7,088 bases of DNA, taken from Caecitellus pseudoparvulus (lineage: Eukaryota; Protista; Bigyra: Bicosoecida). Below are positions 1 through 4,804 of this stretch, one piece after another. The stretch is from assembly GCA_965644315.1 (NCBI GenBank), contig CBFFRQ010000118.1:1-7088 (forward strand), written 5' to 3'. Position 1 is the stretch's first letter; each line of letters opens with the position of its first letter. The translations under genes and the position numbers were made by a program. The notes below the pieces were generated by a model. It searched no databases. It had not been told where the DNA came from and worked only from the letters and a program-made list of their open reading frames with translations.

Positions 1-150
1 GCTGGCACTGGTGCCAAGATCCTCGCCGCGGCCCAGGCGGCGGAGGAGGGCGAGGCCATGGGGGGGCGCAAGCGGGCACGAGAGGAGGCCCGCCCCAAGA
101 AAGCCAAGAAGGACAAGAAGGCCTCCAAGAAGAAGGCCAAGAAGGCCTGA
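1..150 (+). CDS. 3' end of a gene truncated by the window edge; Lys/Ala-rich basic C-terminal tail
   Basis: Frame +1 reads AGTGAKILAAAQAAEEGEAMGGRKRAREEARPKKAKKDKKASKKKAKKA then TGA at 148-150. Codon use is strongly AAG/GCC/GAG. The tail resembles those of nucleolar proteins (Nop56/Nop58/Cbf5 type), but it cannot be identified from this fragment. Confidence 0.7.
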   Translation, partial: AGTGAKILAAAQAAEEGEAMGGRKRAREEARPKKAKKDKKASKKKAKKA

Positions 151-182
151 GCTACCTGGACCGCCAATGCAGCACGCCCACC

Positions 183-1738
183 TCACAGTACCCGTCGCAG
201 CACGGCATCTGCTCTCACCACGCCCTCTGCAGCCTGCACCAGGCACGCCCCCGCCTCGTCGAAGGCCTGCACCATGGCATCGTCGCTCAGGGTCACGGCA
301 TCACTGTCCTCCGCGGCCCCGGCGTCGAAGGCGGCTCGCCGGCCATGGCGCAGGCTGTCCCACACCTTACCCCACGCCCACGCCACCGCCGTCTCCAGGG
401 CAGCAGCGGAGGCGGCGCTGTGCTTGGGAGACCACGGACAAGGCGTGCTGGCGAGTCCTCGCACGCTTTGCAGCATGATTGACACTGCACTACCCTCCCC
501 CTCCCCGCCTGCTATCCCGGCCTGCCATCCACTCCTTGCGGTTGGATGGGTGCCCCCTCGCGCCGCCGCGATCGCCCACTGCCTCGACACCTCCAGCGCA
601 CCAGCCAGCAGCGCATGGGCCACTTCCCCACTCGGCGTTGCGGGGCCTGTCTCAGCGCTGCCTGAGGTGACGTGGTTGTCGCAGCACAGTACAGTGGGCA
701 CACCTGCCCACCACAGCAGGGGCAGTGGGTGCTCCCAGTATTGTACAGCCTCGCCACGACGGGCGCTGCCTGCGACATTGGAAGTCAGGCAGACTTCCAC
801 TGTGGCGCCACTGTCCAGCAGGAGCTGCAGCGTGCTCTGCTGCTTGACGGGGGCTTGTGCCCAGCAACTGCGCGCCAAGGCAGCCGCTGCCGCCGCCTCG
901 CCATTTCCACCGAAAGCGCACAGGTGCGGGGCCACCTGCAGCGCATGCCCCACACGCTGCGGCAGGCAATCCTGCGGTCCTCGTAGGGCCGCCTCCAGAG
1001 ACCCTCTCGAGCCAGGCCACTCCCCTGCGTGCACAGTGGCGCTACCGCCGTCTGCCCGGAAAGCGGCCAGTATTGGAAGCAGCCACGCCCCGTCACCATC
1101 AAAGGCCGCAGAGCATTCCTCCCCGGCTACATCCAGGCCACAGCCATAGCGAGTGGCTAGGGACACCATGTCCTCTGCGTGCTCGCTCCCCAGCGTCCGG
1201 AGAATACACAGCGTCACGCGCGCATTGCTGCTCCCAGCCGGCAGCCCGCTGAGCACGGCCTGCAGAGCCTCCTCAGCCGTCATGCCTTGCAGAGTGTGCA
1301 GCTGTGGGCAGAATCTCAGCTCAGTGTAGCCCTGCAATGCAATGGGTCGTAGTTGTGCAGGGGCAAGCTGCGCAGGTGCCGGGCAGCACGGCGCACACGC
1401 ACACAGCCATCCTCGGAATTTGATGCGGAAATCAATGCTGCAGCTTCGCGAAGGGCAGGCGGGCTCTGAAGGACGCTGTTCATGAAATCGAACACTCCCA
1501 GGGAAGTGTTTGCCTGTATGCCCTTTGCCCCCGTGTCATCCCAATACTGGCTGATGTTGCGGGTCCAAATGGCTTCCTGCAACTGGCGTGCTGCGGAACT
1601 TGTGCTCTCGTTGCCAGCATGCTGCAACAAGAACTTCAGCGGCACAGATCCATCCAAGTGGGTGTGCAAGTCAACCTTCCTTAGTTTCTTCGTGTGGGGC
1701 AGCAGCGCCTTCACGGCTCGTTGCCACACCTGCTGCAT
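183..1738 (-). CDS. ADA: Adenosine deaminase family protein (amidohydrolase superfamily), 2 exons: 1738..1403, 1331..183, about 494 aa
   Basis: Motifs occur in the expected order: KVDLHTHLDGS (HxH metal ligands), spliced EDGC|GYTELRFCP, GLDVAGEE, TVHAGE (catalytic His/Glu), RVGHA, EVCLTSN, LCCDN (metal Asp). ATG is at 1738 and TGA at 185-183. The gene symbol is a family-level call and the start codon is less certain. Confidence 0.9.
1332..1402 (-). other. Spliceosomal intron, 71 nt, phase 0 (ADA)
   Basis: GTGCGT...CATTGCAG. Removal joins ORF 1316..1738 to ORF 183..1337 and restores the conserved EDGx-xYxELRF motif. Confidence 0.88.
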
Positions 1739-2086
1739 GCTGCCTTGGCAAAGGGGTGTGCGTGAGCTTTGGCTCCGGCTGGCTCAGGCTCCTGTTGCAC
1801 TGGGCATGGCAGTCACCAAGTGTGCTGCTAGCAGCCCCAAAGTGAGTGCAGAATAAAGAGATGTTGGGGTTTTTGCTCGTGGTCGTGTGTTTGCCCCAAT
1901 TGCGTGGCGGCAATCAAATTATTCGGTGTGATTAGCCTGTACTTTTCGAGTCAGTTCCCAAGATGCTGCCTTATATTGTGGCGGAAGACAAAGCTGGACT
2001 GTGTTTGACATAAGAAAGTCTTCATCACTGCAGCTTACGTGCTCAGGGCACACGCGAAAGTTCATTTTCAAACAGCAACCTCTGTG

Positions 2087-2902
2087 TTAGTCTTCCCCAT
2101 CTGAGCCTTCCAAGGCAGCGACCGTCTCGATTACTGCTCGGGCGACAGCTGAAGCCAGCTGCATGATGCACTCGTGAATGTTGAGTCGATACGTGGCTAC
2201 ATGCTTCCAGGCACGTTGAAACTCGAGGTGGCTGACGTACCCGTCGCCGTTCTCGTCCATTAGAGCAAAGACTTCAGCGGCCAGCGCACCAGCGCCACCA
2301 GTCAAACGGTGCTCCAGGGACTTCCACTCGGCCTCCACAAAGTCCCACAGGGTGCCATGCTGTACCCACCGATTCATGGCCATGGTCAGCACAGTCGAAG
2401 CGACGGCGCACTCTGTGCGGTTAGCCTGACCAGAGAGGCCGAGTAACCTGAACCGCATAACGAGGATCTCTAGCACAGTCTCCAGGACAGCCTGCACCGA
2501 GCCTGGCTCAAATGTGCGTGCCAGAACTTGCTCCACAAACATCCCCACTTCAGTTTCGTCAATGTCACCGCTTCCGTCAGCGTCCAGCACTTCGAAGGAG
2601 CCCAGGCGGAGGAACTCACTGAGCAGCTCCGCGGATTCCAGGCGCTCCGCCTCCTCCAACCACGCATCTTCGGCCAAGTTGTGATTCAAATCTACAAGCA
2701 GTTGCATGGCTCCCTCCACCTCTTTCCCACCGTGCTCAACGTTGTGCTCGGCGCTCACCATGGCCCACATGTTTGTGCCTTGCGAGAAGCATTGCCGTTG
2801 CATCGCATCCTTTAACAGCCGCCTTTGCAGCCGCTTGCGCAAACGATCCGGGTCCCATGCAATGCCACAAGTTTCACTGAGGACTGGCGAGGTCGCTGCC
2901 AT
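2087..2902 (-). CDS. EF-hand calcium-binding protein, about 271 aa, apparently intronless
   Basis: Two canonical 12-residue loops with flanking Phe: FEVL-DADGSGDIDETE-V (2584..2549) and FALM-DENGDGYVSHLE-F (2257..2222). The first in-frame ATG is at 2902 (the ORF track starts at a TTG at 3007). TAA is at 2089-2087. Confidence 0.8.
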   Translation of the reverse strand: MAATSPVLSETCGIAWDPDRLRKRLQRRLLKDAMQRQCFSQGTNMWAMVSAEHNVEHGGKEVEGAMQLLVDLNHNLAEDAWLEEAERLESAELLSEFLRLGSFEVLDADGSGDIDETEVGMFVEQVLARTFEPGSVQAVLETVLEILVMRFRLLGLSGQANRTECAVASTVLTMAMNRWVQHGTLWDFVEAEWKSLEHRLTGGAGALAAEVFALMDENGDGYVSHLEFQRAWKHVATYRLNIHECIMQLASAVARAVIETVAALEGSDGED

Positions 2903-3023
2903 GGGGACGGCGTGTTGCGGTAATCGATTGCGTTGACTCCGGCGTGTAGGCAAGGATCCTCGGCCGACTGCTGCCGTCTTCCTACCGACCTGGCACTGTG
3001 CTAACAAAATAGAAGTCGGGAAG

Positions 3024-3029
3024 TTTATT
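3024..3029 (-). terminator. Putative polyadenylation signal AATAAA overlapping the Myb gene stop codon
   Basis: The minus strand reads TAAATAAAC from 3031, followed by an AT-rich patch (TTCTATTTTGTT). Confidence 0.4.
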
Positions 3030-4717
3030 TAGTCGCTGTCATCGCTGTCGTCTAGAATTGTACCCCCCCCGGCCACTGCCTGAGCAGGGAGTGCCGTTTG
3101 GTTGTGCTGCCCTGACACGTTGCCCCTTGCCTTGGAGCCAGCTCCGCGTGGCCGCGGGCTGCTTTCTGCGCTGCTGCTTGAGGACTCTTCTGCCAGGTCA
3201 AGGTCACCCTGTAGCTTGCGTGCGATTGAAGATTTCCTCCGGTCCGCTGAAAAAGTCTGGTGTCGGCGACCGGCACTGGCCGTGCCATGCGCAGAATGCA
3301 CATCTGTTGCGGACTGCGAACTGGAGCTGGAGTGCGAGCCAGAACTCGATCCAGAGCTGGACCCCGATTCTGAGCTGGACCTCGAGTCCGAACTGGAGTG
3401 CGAGAGGGAATCCGACTGTCCGCCATGGGCTGTCTTCGGCGACAGAGGCCTGAACGCTGCCGCCTCTGGGAGATGCAAGGCACCACTGCCACCCACGGCG
3501 AGAGGGCGCCTTGGAAGCTTGGTGGCAGGGCTGGCGCTGGCATCCGAGGCCGTGTCTGGGTCTGAGGAGCCGAGCCCGGAGCTGCCCAGGCCGGCATCGG
3601 CCCGTGCCCTGTCGAGCAAGGTTGGGTCTTCAAACGTCTGCCGCAGGTATGCCTCCACCTTGTCAGCCAGGGCAGCGACGTCTCGTGAGACGAGCTTGGT
3701 GGCGCGCAGGCACAGCGCCCGGAAGCGACGCCTGCAGTCTGCGGCGGCGAGTCCAGTGCTGGAGAGGAGGTGCACCACGCCAGCCGCTACGCCGTGCCAG
3801 TCCACGTGGTCCCACGATTCCTCGCCGTCGTCCACGACGTGTGCCAGGAGCACGGCGTCGGCGTACGGCGTCCACACGTGTTTGCGCTCCCGCAGGCCGA
3901 AGGAGCTGTACCACTTGGACATGCACTGCGCCTCGCAACGGGACTTCACAGCGCTGGCCACGGCTGGCCAGTGAATGCGCACCGCCCCCGGTTTTTCCAC
4001 GTGGCCCTGCTCCTTCATGACACTCAACAGGCGCTCTTCCTCCGAGGTGCTCCACGGGCCGTGCAAGATGCCTGGCGCATGTGCCTTGTACGTTTCGCGA
4101 ACCACGAGAGGGTGCCGCTGCATCATTTGAGCGATCTTCTTCCACTTGGGGCCATGGATGCCCACGAGGTGGCGCAGCTCCTTGATGTCTTCATCTGAAA
4201 ATTTCCCCCTGTAGCTGTGTGGGTGCAGGAGGCGCTGAGCACGGGCCCGTAAACTCTGCGAAGCGGCGCTTGGCTTGGTGCGGTATTTGCTTGCGGAGAC
4301 TGGTTCTGGCCACGCACCCTTATAGACCGTGACGTGAAGTGCTTGGAGATGTTCACCCAAAACCTGCCTTGGCCCTCAGCCTTGTGCTTGTTCACACTAT
4401 CAAGGATGACATCCTGACCGGACAAAGCGAGGCGCGGGTGCGGGAACAGCCGCCACCGTGGAAACAGCGGCATGGCTCACCTTTTTCGCCTCCTCATCCA
4501 TGCCCCTCGCATCACACTCGGCGTTGAACAGGTCCCGCAGCAGGTCATCTTCCGCCTTGGACCACACGCCTCGTTTTAACTTGCTCTGGGCCGCCGGCAA
4601 GTCGGCGATCTGCCACGCCGACAACTCTTTGCCATCTTGGGCTGGCTCAGGTGCAGGTTGGCCAGCGTCCCCGCGCGGCCGCTTCCGCGCCCGGCGCCCA
4701 GAGCCCGCAGCAGCCAT
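3029..4717 (-). CDS. Myb/SANT-repeat DNA-binding protein of the Reb1/Nsi1/TTF1/DMTF1 type, 3 exons: 4717..4481, 4413..4318, 4255..3029, about 519 aa
   Basis: The spliced product gives KRGVWSKAEDDLL...FWVNISKHFTSRSIR|SLRARAQRLLHP..RGKFSDEDIKELRHLVGIHGPKWKKIA, HGPWSTSEEERLL...IHWPAVASAVKSRCEAQCMSKW and WTPYADAVLL...VDWHGV...CRRRF, the repeat layout of this family. It has an N-terminal basic NLS-like RRARKRPR and a Ser-rich acidic tail. ATG 4717 (ACCATGG) is preferred; in-frame ATGs also occur at 4750 and 4783. Confidence 0.85.
3312..3410 (-). repeat. Low-complexity Ser-rich coding repeat (SSSG/SSSD/SSSE-like units) in the Myb protein tail
   Basis: Translation SHSSSDSRSSSESGSSSGSSSGSHSSSSSQS. 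CTGGAGTGCGAG occurs twice on the + strand. Confidence 0.6.
4256..4317 (-). other. Spliceosomal intron, 62 nt, phase 0 (Myb gene intron 2)
   Basis: AGG|GTGCGT...TTCGCAG|AGT. Joins RSIR to SLRARAQRLLHP. Confidence 0.8.
4414..4480 (-). other. Spliceosomal intron, 67 nt, phase 0 (Myb gene intron 1)
   Basis: AAG|GTGAGC...CGGTCAG|GAT. Brings the FWxxI helix of the first Myb-like repeat into frame. Confidence 0.82.
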
Positions 4718-4804
4718 GGTACTGAAGCTCGCTGCTCTCACACTCTGCATGGAAGCATGGGCGTCGCACAGGAGCGTGTGCATGGATTTTGCTGGCGCTC
4801 ACGC

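Noticed and set aside
11-478. Arg/Pro-rich 155-aa ORF
   Set aside because: Off-frame reading of the Lys-rich tail in frame +1 plus ADA antisense. It starts at GTG.
274-1149. Long + strand ORF (291 aa); likewise 3102..3974, 4458..5138, 5358..5738 and 5754..6257
   Set aside because: Antisense shadows of GC-rich minus-strand genes. They are Ala/Ser/Arg-rich with no recognisable motifs.
1316-1738. ADA apparently split into two ORFs (frameshift or pseudogene); same for the Myb and CCDC93 genes
   Set aside because: Each break is resolved exactly by a 62-71 nt GT-AG intron that restores conserved motifs.
1852-1857. AATAAA on the + strand at the end of ORF 1482..1856
   Set aside because: The ORF is antisense to ADA exon 1 with no protein-like features. 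The hexamer is expected by chance in an AT-rich spacer.
2692-2758. GTGAGC...CTTGTAG intron-like segment within the EF-hand ORF
   Set aside because: Removing it shifts the frame into an immediate TGA before both EF-hands, while the unspliced frame is open.
2903-3007. TTG-initiated N-terminal extension of the EF-hand protein in the ORF track
   Set aside because: Eukaryotic context. The first ATG is at 2902 and the TTG lies only 21 nt from the upstream stop.
3312-3410. Periodic repeats resembling an array
   Set aside because: Explained by a Ser-rich coding tract. There is no constant repeat/unique spacer structure, so it is not CRISPR.
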